A DNA stretch of 64,000 nt, taken from Lytechinus pictus (Eukaryota). The stretch lies in assembly GCF_037042905.1 (NCBI RefSeq), contig NC_087263.1:8804001-8868000 (forward strand), written 5' to 3'. The notes under the pieces were generated by a model. The model searched no databases and was not told the DNA's origin. It worked only from the letters and a program-made list of their open reading frames with translations. Position numbers and translations under genes: made by a program. Every line of letters begins with the position of its first letter. The stretch's first letter is position 1. Below are positions 21,990 to 33,900 of this stretch, one piece after another.

Positions 21990-23486
21990 AAAGAAGATTA
22001 TTAAACGAAAACAAAACGTTTGGAAGAAGACCCTTGTGCAAAATCGAAAAATCAGAGAAACAGATCATCGAAAGTTTGAGAAAAATTAAATAAAAAAATA
22101 AGAAAGTTGTGAGCATTTATCGTAATGTTGATCCTCCCAGTAGCAATGCGGCAAAGATGTGTACATGTAAACCTTGCTTATTACTTTTGTATACATTTCA
22201 CTTAAGGACGTTCCACAGTTATGTTTGTGCGCATTATGATCTGCGCATAGTTTACACGCTGCGCGCTGACGTCACAATGGATGAACAGGTGATTAATTAG
22301 CTGCGGGTATGAGCTGATTTTTCTCATCTTCTGCACTTTAACTGCAGATCCGATGCGTTATTTCATGAAGCTAAAAAATGGAATGATTCCATGGACCATT
22401 AAAAAAAAAAATTCTACAATTTCAAAATACTTTACTCTGCATTGCTGCCAAGAATCACGAATATTACCCCGAGTTTGAATAAATGGTAGAGTGGTTTTGA
22501 TTTTTTCTTCACATAGATACAAAGCATTCGGCGCATTTCTGGTGTTTTAAAAAGCACATTTGCTCTAATAAAAATGCTGATAGTTTAAAAACAAGCACAT
22601 GAACCCCTATTTTTTAATGTTTGTACCTCTTAGGTATACCTTCCTCTACAACTCTGCAAATTTTGGTGAAAATGACATGGATTTTGAATAAAGTGCAGCA
22701 TTTATTGTACGTTTGTAGTTTGTTACTGAAATTTTACATATTTTAGATTGGGATTTTGTTATCGTTTACGCCTTTTTTAAGAACTGACAGTGCTTTTAAA
22801 CTTAAAATTGCAAAAAAAATAGCACTATAAATAGATTCACCATTCTAACGATACAATTATTAACTCTCTTGCGAAATTTGATGACTTTTTCATGTATTTT
22901 GACTGAGTAATAGAAGTTTAAACTCATTGTAGTAATCTTGGGTGGTCTAAAAATGCCAAATTCTTTTGAATGCGCAATTCTTAAGAACATCAATTTGGGT
23001 GAACTTTGAAGCTCTATAGCAAAAAATCAAGCACATGGACCTATGTTAATTTTTGCATATTTCGAATATTAAGGTTCTAAAGTATCTATGTGCAAAGTGT
23101 GGTGAAAATTACATGGATTTCACTTTAACTGTGGAACGTCCTTAAACTGCCTCTATCAGTGGATCATGTATTATTTCTATATAGGAGGGCATGTAATACA
23201 GATTTTCAAAGAATGCATTATGGATAAAGAGTTTGTATCATCAAAAATAGACATTTTGGGGTATTTTATAGTCCACCAAAGGGAAAGTTGTTCACATGTG
23301 ACCTCACATATCTTTGTCGCATTGCCAACAAGAGAATTTGCATAGCATTAGTGATCGCAATATTAAAACGCTCATAACTTTCTCATTATTTGTCTGATTT
23401 TTCTCAAGCTTTCATTGATATTATTCTTTGATTTTGTTATGTTTCCACACAAGCCCATTTGTTTCAAAGGTTTCATTCCCCTTTAA
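21990..23486. mobile_element. Older Kolobok-like MITE split by a younger insertion
   Basis: Left arm (GAAAGTTTGAGAAAAA...AAGAAAGTTGTGAGC) is inverted relative to right arm (GCTCATAACTTTCTC...TTTTTCTCAAGCTTTC); right end TTCCCCT-TTAA. Confidence 0.6.
22206..23141. mobile_element. Kolobok-like non-autonomous element
   Basis: Perfect 16-bp TIR GGACGTTCCACAGTTA; TTAA TSD at 22202-22205 and 23142-23145. Confidence 0.88.
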
Positions 23487-23928
23487 GGATAGACGGGTGA
23501 ACGTATCAAACTGCTTAATCATCCGCAAAATTGTAAAAGCCGGATTATAATTCGTTTAATGCAGCCCAACGAGAATCGTATTGCTCAGCTGGACAACAGT
23601 ATTTAGATTCATATTTTCACGTTAGGCTGGATTTGGCATACCCTTGAAGAAAGGGAAAAAACATGGGACACGAACTGTAAAATTATTGCAAAACCAGGGT
23701 AAACAACCTCGCAAATTTAGATTCGGAATAGTTTGAGTATAGCATCACGGCCGTTAAGGGAGCTTGCTAAAGAAAAGAAAATTTATGACGAGAGACTGAC
23801 TGACTAACTGATGGGATAATCTGGATAACACTGAGTATATAAAGCTCTTGAATCTAAATTTATTTTCATAGCTCCCGTGAGAAATGCCTGATTTCAAATT
23901 ATATATATATATATATTCCTCACCTCTG

Positions 23929-24198
23929 GGCCCCGTCTTACAAAGAGTTACGATTGATCCGATCAATCGTAACTCTATGGAAATCCATCAGTGTCGTAAT
24001 TTTTTCTATGAAGTATTTGCACAATGTCCTTTTTATGCAAAAAGAAGCGCAGTGAATTTTCAAGAAAAAAATGAATGCATGAATATACATCACAGCTAGA
24101 AAATATTTTGAACAAACATGCATAATAGATGTTGACGTTTCTGGCCGTCCATAGTTGCGATTGATCGGATCAATCGTAACTCTTTGTAAGACGGGGCC
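23929..24198. mobile_element. Harbinger-like MITE
   Basis: TIR GGCCCCGTCTTACAAAGAGTTACGATTGATCCGATCAATCG near-perfect; 3-bp TSD CTG. Confidence 0.9.
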
Positions 24199-24283
24199 CT
24201 GGTCTACCTATAGGAAAATTCCTATAACGATTTGCCTCTAATGAAACATCGAGCACTTTTCCTGAACTTGATCGTTTACTTCG

Positions 24284-24343
<60 letters not shown>

Positions 24344-24351
24344 CATATATA
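24284..24351. repeat. (TA)n microsatellite
   Basis: Direct reading. Confidence 0.95.
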
Positions 24352-25795
24352 TTTTTACAACATAAACAATTTAAATATATCTAACATTGACTTCAAAAAT
24401 TGACATTTCTACTTGTAGATATCGATTAACCGCGTGGTGGTATAAGCTTGATGATATTCGATTAGAGATGTGATTTATCCGGTGAAGGAAAAGATGCAAA
24501 AACAATGAAATAATTTTGTCGATGATTACTTTTGCCCTCCATTTCCGGTGCCACTGTTATTGCTTATACTTTTAAATGTAAGATACACACAAACAATCAT
24601 TAGATCAACCGATACTATCTGCTTCATCGCAGGCAACCATAATCGAGATCCGCCACTTTGGAGATGCAAAATGTTATTCTTTAATTTCACGTATCACCTG
24701 TGCATGTACTGTGCTATAACGGTCCCGCGATTATCTAAACATTATCGGTATTAGGCTCGTCCGCAGCGATTTAACATTCCATCTGCCTTTTTTTGGGAGA
24801 TATTTTTGTCTCGGCCCGAGCATGGATCCTAGTAGGATCTATGGCCCGAGGGAAAGCTGTCTTAAGAGGTGCGCATTCCTTAAGCTGTGCCTCTTTAATG
24901 AAACATGCCCGGAATATGGTTGAAGTACCATGACTATGAACTATGGACTCCAGTATTGGTTGAATTATACAGTTTTTTATTTGGTATATAGTGTTCGCCC
25001 GTGGAGATATCTATAATCATCATTATTTGATTAATTATTCCGAATAAACATGTAATTTAAATTATCCCCGAAGCAGGTTTCTTGGAAAAAATACTCTGAT
25101 GTCAAGGGTTTAATACTCGGCCACCTGCCCCCCCCCCCCCCCCCTCCACTCACTACCAAATGTACGATTGCGCGCAAAACGTTCTTTTATCCACGATCAA
25201 TGCCTTTGAATAAGGTGTCTGTAAATGGTTGCTGAATAAAATATTTCTTTCCCGACGAATTTCAACTTTTAGATTTCAATCTATTATATTTAATCTAATG
25301 ATCGTGACCACACCCTCGCTAAGAGGCGAATTATAATGGAATATCACGGGCATAAGCTACATGCAGGTGTGAAGGGTCATGTCGAATCTAATTGAGGCAA
25401 ACGTCTGAAAGAAGGAAACGCTAAGTTCCAATTAAACACGACAATTAGTTTGTGACACTATCCGTCATTCTGAACACTTTTTGAAATAGACGCTTTCTGG
25501 CGTGAATATTGAGTGCCTTTTTTCTTCGAATCAATATCACAAAAGTGAAGAGAGAGAAAAAAATCCTTTATCGGTGTTGATTTTCAGCGTCAGTCTTGAG
25601 AGTTCCGCATGTCTTCAATTAGCTCCATCTCTTTTTGCGATGATGCATTGTATCAGTATTTTTGTTGTCTGTACTGGCGCCGCCTACTTTTCCACCTATT
25701 CTAAACTAGATATGGAGGGCATAAACTCGCAGGACCATTACAAGTGCTTGTTATCGGGAAGGGGCGGTAGAGGCAAATTTGTCCCGGTTGCTTTT

Positions 25796-26330
25796 CAATG
25801 CGTCCCACAAAAAACGAAACCCGTTTTCAGATATAGATTTCACAATTATTAAACGTGTTTTTACTATGAGTTTGATACTTTTATGGTAAGAGTGGAATCT
25901 CATCTTTAATTTGAGACGAACGGCTTAGAAGATCATTCACGCCTGACAGATTAGAAACAAATGTTGAGGCCTCTCAGAAACGATTTGCGCAGAAACTCAT
26001 GTTTAATCTGAATTCACTCTCATTTAAGGGATCAGTGAATAAGACTCAACAAAGAATACAACAGAAATGTTAATGAGCTAATCGTCGTTTTAGCACGGCT
26101 GTCGTATAACGCAATAATCTTGTCCAATTTTTCTGCGTAACCTGACTTTTACATTAAAATTTGAAACTCGTCTAGGTCATTAATGCGTGAAGTGTTGGTC
26201 ACATATTAGTTATCAAAATGTAGAAAGATAATTAAATTGTATGATGATGTAAATTAAATATCATAATTAATTTGCCTATGAAGAAAAAAAATGTGAGAAT
26301 CCCGGTGTTCTTTTTTTCTGCGACGCACTG
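25796..26330. mobile_element. Tc1/mariner-like MITE (diverged)
   Basis: CAATGCGTCCCACAAAAAA / TTTTTTCTGCGACGCACTG followed by TA. Confidence 0.65.
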
Positions 26331-27342
26331 TATACAAGAACTAAACTGAAGTCTGACATGTGCTGACGTAAGTTTAGGCGGGCGAGCTGCATTTCGCGAG
26401 ATCCGTAGTGGATGGGGTCCAGGGAAAAAAGATCCCCAATAATTTGATCTCAAAGGGAGTCAGGAGATGCCACTTTCGAGCACAATGTTTTATTTTTTTA
26501 TAATTTTTTTTTTTTGAAAATGTATTTCTTTTTCCAGTACCCATCCTTGTTAATCATTGGAGACGGTGGAGACTGAACTATTTCGCTTAAACACATTCTG
26601 TAAAGCCTTTAGCCCGCATATATGCCGGCCAAGATTCCAACAGGAACATCTTAAGTCCTTGTTTTCTCAAATTAATCAATGAGTCCCCTTCAAAGTTTTT
26701 GATCAATCCCGTTTAAAACATATTTACAATACTGCTGTTGATTCTTTTACCATTTTAAGAAATATTCCTAATGGGATTATTTCCATTTCCACCAGCTTTG
26801 TGTCAATCCATGAACCTTGTAGGACCATAATTCTTCTGCAAAAGTGGGTTAATCGAGTCAACCATTTTTAAAGCCACCCCCCCCCCCCCCTCTTTCACTC
26901 ATCGCTTTAGCGTTTCTTTGAAAATACTGTCATACAGACTGCAGCTTCATTTCTTTTTCTTTCTCGTCGCAGGAGCAGACAAAATGTAATATTACAGCTC
27001 GATCTATATCGACGTTCTCTGAAATCCAATTTACAGAGTATTATGGATTCCCCATGTGATAATGTATCTTGCACATAACAGTCTGCACTTTCTGCACTTT
27101 GACTGAGAAACGTCTTCACATATCGAAAAAAAAACGAGACGAAAACATAAATAAAAAACTAGGTGACTTCCTCTGAAGTGGTTTTCCATTATCGTGATAA
27201 TGAAATCTACGTTTTAAATGTGCTATGAGTTTGCAATGATCGTGAAGTAATGGACGTAATTGATCTGTCCCTTTTTTGAAATATGATTGATATAAATTCT
27301 ATGATGTAGGTTTGCGCCGCTATAATTGTAAAGGAAACTCAA

Positions 27343-27932
27343 AGGACAAGTCCACCCCTACAAAAAGTTGATTCGAATAAAAAGAGAAGAATCCAACAAG
27401 CATAACACTGAAAATTTCATCAAAAACGGATGTAAATAAAAAAGTTATGACATTTTAAAGTTTCGCTTAATTTCACAAAACAGTTATACGCACATCCTCG
27501 CTGGTATGCAAATGAGGAGACTATGACGTCATCCACTCACTATTTCGTTTGTATTTCATTATATGAAATATGATATATTCTATTTTTTCCTCATTGTCAA
27601 GTGATACAACGATTAATTGCTCCCTGAACATGTGGAATTGGCATTGTTTAATACTATATGGTTCAGTCAAGTTGGTCCTTAATGTCAAATCTATAAAAAA
27701 TGAAATATTGTATAATTCAAACAATAAAAAACAAAAGAAGTAGTGAGTGATGGACATCATCAACTGACTCACCTAGTTGTGCATATCACTGTTTTGTGAA
27801 AAATAAGCCGAAACTTTAAAATGGCATAACTTTCTTATTTTACATCCGATTTTGATGAAATTTTCAGCACTATGCTAGTTTGATTTTTCTCTATTTATTC
27901 AAGTCAGCATTTTCCTGGGGTGGACTTGACCT
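27343..27932. mobile_element. Kolobok-like long-TIR MITE
   Basis: AGGACAAGTCCACCCC / GGGGTGGACTTGACCT with TCAA/TTAA flanks and long internal inverted arms; same family as 62007-62609. Confidence 0.85.
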
Positions 27933-29831
27933 TTAACATTTCTCGGGAAACATCAAGAGGCGTAGATCTGAAAGAAACTAAAAACTTCACTTTTTAAGCA
28001 AATTACTCGTGGCGCAAACAGTCATCGATTTAATTCAAATTACCAATGTTTTAAAGAATATATATTGATTGGTTCTTACTATGATAAAATTTCTTTCTGC
28101 ATTTTATTTGTAACTATTACTTTTTCATTAAACCAAACCAAAACAACCATATTGCTTTAAGCATTTTTTTCGTTTATCCTGTTTACATACATACCGAAGC
28201 TATCATTCTCGGAAAGATTGGCTCGATTATGCTAAAGCAATTACCAATTTATGTTAAGATGTGTTGGCGGTTTTATGGGTACTTTGCAGACGGATGCCCA
28301 TCAAAAATGGATACTCCCAATATTATATCAGCTTCCCGTAAAATTACCTACCACCACCGCCCCCCCCCCCCCTCCCCCTAAACAGCAAAAATAAGATTTA
28401 AAAAATATAACATGAATACGATACAATGCCATTCACACTCATAATTTCGAGAAAAAAAATTAAGTTTTTGTTCTTGATTGTTTTATCATAATTGCATGGA
28501 CCTACATATCTTCCATTTGCAATTTCATCATTTCTTATTACAGAATCGGTGGTCCCCACTGTCGTCATTTGGATCTTCTTTTCCGCTGTGATGTAAAATC
28601 CCCCTCCCCCCCCCCCCCCCCCGCGGGAGCAGTGAACGCTGTCGTTCAATGACCCAAACCTTTAAGCACTATCACTGGTTCCTTCTGAGCCAATGAAAAA
28701 GAGCGCGATATGCTGAAGTCACTGCTTGTAATATTCCCTATATATTCGACCACTATCTTCTTTAAGCTACACAGGGACCGTGTTCGGAAACACGCTCCAC
28801 CCCCTAGCGAACATCCCCATATCCTACCTAAGTGCACAAGTGTCACGTTACGTGATACAAAAGTTTCGACACGCCACGCACAAAATCTTGTCTAATGGCG
28901 TCATTTGAGATTCGGAATGACTTCCGCAAAATTTTCACAAAGTGCTCGAGGTGAGAAAATATAAGAAGTGGTAAAAACGTTTTGTAAAGTACTTGCCTTA
29001 ATGCCAAAATCCTAGATATTCCAACAGCAACGCACCTGGATGAAAAAACAAAATCAAACAATAAAGGAAGCGATGTACACGATAATATATTAAACTAATC
29101 TAACTCACATTTAAAATGTAATTTGTGCATATTAGATAATAAAAGGCCCCCATCTCTTAGGGATTGAGGCTTGGCTTCCATTTGCATTTTTGACGAAAAA
29201 CGATTTTCGTCACATGGGTTGAATCCACAAGCTCATCGTAGCGGGCTGACGCTTGACAATTATTTCAATTTGCCTAAGTTCAGATTTAAAATGCTGGGTA
29301 GGGAAGGGGAAGAGACGGCGGGAGGTGTGGGCTTGCTTTATCACATTGTGCTCCCTATTTACAAGACATCGGTCGATCACACATAAAATATGTGAGGAGG
29401 TCTGTCTTGCAGGTCTGTGGTATTTGATTACTCATTGATTGATCGTTTCTGCATTCGTGTGCAATAGATATAAGTTTACAAGTTAATACATACAATTATA
29501 ATAGATATCAAATTTATAATACAGGTGATGTATAAGCATCGAAGTGATGATAACGCCAAAATGTATTATTTATTAAACAGAATTACAATTCAAAGAATGC
29601 GGGAGACCGCCATCGCGAGCGACTAGGCTTGATAATGGTGGCGACCTCGCCTTGTAGAGTACATTTTATCCAATAGTTATTTGCATTTATCTAATTTCTT
29701 TCAATATATATATATATATATAGATATATAATATAAATGCAGTCTTGATGGGTTGGTCTGAGAGTTCGATCCGTTACATTAATACTTGTTGGGTGAATTA
29801 CTTACTCAATTTAATCAATAATCAATATATA

Positions 29832-30806
29832 CAGTGCGTACAGGGGGTATCAAAAAAAGTTTACACTTAGAAAAAATCCTGTAAAATTATATATTTGTAA
29901 TATCCTGAAGATTTTTCCACACTTTAACATTGGTACAGATCCATTTAAGCAAATGACGATATAACTGTCAAAAAATATTTCCGCTTGAGTGAGCACCACT
30001 TACTTTTGAAAAGTTAGTGAAAAATGATTTGCGCAGAACTTTGAAATAGTTATGCGAATAAAAGTAGACCTTAATCATGAAAAACACGTGGAATTTAGCT
30101 AGTAAAATTGATTCGAAGATATCTTTTACCTTTTTTTACTTGTTTCCTTGCCCGAAACACTTCAAAGAGTGCATTGCGCCCCACCCCACTCCCCCACACA
30201 CCGAGGCCATCGTGACGATATTTGCTTTACACTGAGCTGTGATTTACATGAAATGGCTTAGGCTTGATTTTCATTTTGTTAATCATTCTCAAGCTTGGGA
30301 AAAGTGTGGAGAAACAAGGATTAAATGAAAAAAGAAATGTAAACCCGTTTTAAATGATAAAAACTTAGTGAAAAAATGCTGGAGATGTCTGATATAAACT
30401 TTTGTTCAGATTCAGTTATGTCCTCAGATCCAGCTGGGACAAAAAGGGTGAAGGATGTGATTACTAACTGTTGAAATTTCAATTTGGGTGGCGAAATTGT
30501 TACAAAATGCTTGAATGTATCCGTTTTATTTCGATTGACTAAAAGTGCAAGGGAAATGTATGGGAAATGTTTCGCAGGGTAAGTTTGATTTCGCCCTTTC
30601 TCCTTGACACAGCGTGAAAATGAGCATTTCTGCGCAAACATATTTCTGCGAGCTTTACAAAAATGGACAGTGCTCACTCAAGTGTAACATTCTGTCAAAA
30701 CTTTTACTTTCATTGGATAGATGAGACCCAAACCCAAGATTATATGAGAAAAAATTACCACATGTTGTATATTTTTTAATTCCCAGGGCTTTTTCAAAGT
30801 GTAAAC
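29832..30806. mobile_element. Tc1/mariner-like MITE; right TIR runs into the gap
   Basis: TA-CAGTGCGTA...TCAAAAAAAGTTTACACTT at left and AAGTGTAAAC at the gap edge. Confidence 0.75.
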
Positions 30807-30994
30807 NNNNNNNNNNNNNNNNNNNNNNNNNNNNNNNNNNNNNNNNNNNNNNNNNNNNNNNNNNNNNNNNNNNNNNNNNNNNNNNNNNNNNNNNNNNNNN
30901 NNNNNNNNNNNNNNNNNNNNNNNNNNNNNNNNNNNNNNNNNNNNNNNNNNNNNNNNNNNNNNNNNNNNNNNNNNNNNNNNNNNNNNNNNNNNNN
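30807..30994. other. Assembly gap
   Basis: Run of N. Confidence 1.
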
Positions 30995-33900
30995 GCGTTA
31001 AACTCCATCTAGAGATCAACATAGATTTTCGTCGTACATTATTTTGTTAGGATATTGATTAAATTGAGTAAGTAATTCACCCAACAAGTATTACGATCGA
31101 ACTCTCAGACCTACCCATCAATATTGCTTTTAATGTGTGACAAAATATCATAGAGTGACTCTATGCATGATATCCGCAGCTTTGTGCGGTAACAGAGATG
31201 GGTTAGATATAAATGGAAGAGGTGATGATGGAGAGGCGAAATAAACCTTTTTTTTGTTTCTTTGTTCTGTTTGGCGACGAATATTCCCTAATTGAATTTC
31301 CCATGTTCTTATTCGACTCTTTGTCATGCAGGATTCCGCATTGTCGCACTCTCAGCGATCTCTTTAAACATTCGCTTTCACGAGTGCCACTCATATTACC
31401 TTCAACGTTGCTTTCAGCGGTTGCGAGGGTGCCAAAGAACTTTCACCTGCCTTGCCCGCCGTGTCAAAAATCAATCAGGCGGGTATGGTATCCTTATCCG
31501 TCGGTCGTTCCGAACCAAATTGCCATTCATATCCTTCCTTAACCTTAAAGATGGGTTGAACTATTTGTGCAATTTGGTGGAAATCCCATAAACGCTTAAA
31601 GCCTGTATTTAGGTATGGTAAATCTCCACAAATGCGTCATTATAACTCTTCCAATCAATTGCTTCATTATGAATATGTATGCCCTAAAATCGTTATGATG
31701 TAGAGGACTTGAAATTAAAATGCGTGTGTTAAAATTGGTGAAGTACATGTATGAGTTTAAAAAAAGCTAAAGTAAGACGCAATTTTAATAAAGTCTTAGA
31801 GACAAATTTAAAGAACGATTCAGTGTATCGGCAGTTAATGATTGTCTGACATAAGCTGTATCATATATTACTGCAGTATGATCTAAAACGAGAAGCTTGG
31901 GAAATTAATTTTGCTTATAGCACGATAGAAGGAATAATGATGTTTTAGGTTGAGTCCCAAAGTCTACGTTAGAAAATGCCGAGACGCTATGGAGCATGAG
32001 GAAATGAATTGTCGGCTTCTTTACCGCAGGCAAGAATGTCATTTATATATGCGAAAGAGATAACTTGATTATCGTTGCACACACGCACTTTCCTTTTTTT
32101 TTAGGAGGGGGAGCGCAGATGATTTCCCAATGCACTGCAGTTATGGCAGCATTGTTCAAACCCGGCTTCGTCAATAGTTTTAGTTTTTTCATTCAAATTT
32201 GAATGATTTGATATTAAAGAAGAATCATCATTGCTCTTTGTGAAAAAAAATAAAATGATGAATTATCATTAAAAGAATGATATAAATTATAATATTATAT
32301 TAATGATAACTCATCATAATTCATGATAATTATATTGGTTGCGAGTGTGCACATAAATTGACACATATTTGCCATAGGACCTAAACGCAAAGATTTACCG
32401 GTGATTAGTAAGGTGTAATAGCGAGTTTTCTCACCGCGCTTCCGGACGCTTTCTAGAACATAGCAAATCTATCGTCAAATACCCATCATGACAATGAGAA
32501 ACCAAGGAGCGTTTGTCGAAAGCTGGTGAATCAAAATGGCAGTTTCGTCCTGCACTCTAGAACAAACGACATATTTGCAATTGTTTCATCAGCTTCTAAA
32601 ATGAAGACGAACTGCTGTTCAGGATCAGCAATTTCTGACAAAGGCCTCATAGCTGGTCATTGTCATTTAACATACATTTTCAATACATTTACTGTGTTCC
32701 AGAATTCGTTCTTCGTGACTGTGCGAAAACTTGCTGATTGGTTTTGGTTTGGAGATGAGGATGGCTTATCAGATCCACATCGATTTATCTAACACAATTC
32801 ACACAATTTTGATCGCGTATAGTGCTACCGATGACGTGTGTAAAATACCAGGGATATCAAATTTCCAACATAAAGTATATATTATTCGTCATGAAGATCA
32901 TCACTTTTGATAGTTATTGATAAATGTTATTATCACTATAACGTTGGCGTAATATCTTTGTTATTATAAGTGTTTTCTCGACAAAAACTTAGAAAATAAA
33001 GCAAGGATAGCAAGGATTACTTTGAGCAACAACCCTGGCGAGGTACCCTATAAACCAATTATGTGGAGGTTTCAAAATAAGGGTATCCCATTTTCAAAAA
33101 GCCCCTTAAACCTACGAAGTACTTTCGCCAAATCACCAGTCCGACTTTGGCAATCCAACCATTAATCTGTTATAAATGAACCATCTTCTGAGAAAATGTT
33201 ATTTTCTAAACGAGGCACTAGAGAATTTTATCAATCACCTCCTCGAAGAAGGCCTAGTGTCATTAGGGTATCATCCTCGGTGAAGAGCAATATACTATTG
33301 ACTGATAGACCCAGCCCCTGGCCAGGGATGTATAATGTATTTACGAGGATGTGTGTACTCTTCCTACCATCTAACGCATACCTTGAGAGGCATTTTACCT
33401 TTACGGACCATCCAAATATCACTCTAAATGCACAACTTAGTTAATTCGTTTCTCTATGTGGAATACTTATTTCTATATCATATCCTTATCTCCCCCTTAA
33501 TGATAATTGAATAGAAGTTGGGACCCAAGTTGATAAGCTGAACTTAATCTGTTGTTTTCGTTGTTGTTTTTTGCCAGTATCATGCCCAAATGAAACTGCA
33601 GCCATCTCGCCCCTCCCTTTCCCCTCTATCTATCCCCCACCCCCTCTCTGCCTCTCTCTCTGTCTCTCTCCCTCTCTCTATCCATTCTCCTCCCCTTCCC
33701 CTTCTCATAATCAACCTATTTCATACACACAAAGTAGCACGCCCCCCCCCCCCCAACACTCACCCACACACACACACCCTCTCACACGATCGCCCACCAT
33801 AATCTTGCTAGCCCTGTTTTGCTTGCACGATCACCCATTTTCCTATTTTATTCCTTCTGTTTACAGACTGCAGGCAAATCAAATTCAGGTGACCCTTTCT

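Larger units (their letters stand above)
29745..31121. mobile_element. Element with ~75-bp inverted arms interrupted by a Tc1-like MITE
   Basis: TTGATGGGTTGGTCTGAGAGTTCGATC...AATACTTGTTGGGTGAATTACTTACTCAATTTAATCAATA mirrored at ~31053-31121. Confidence 0.8.
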
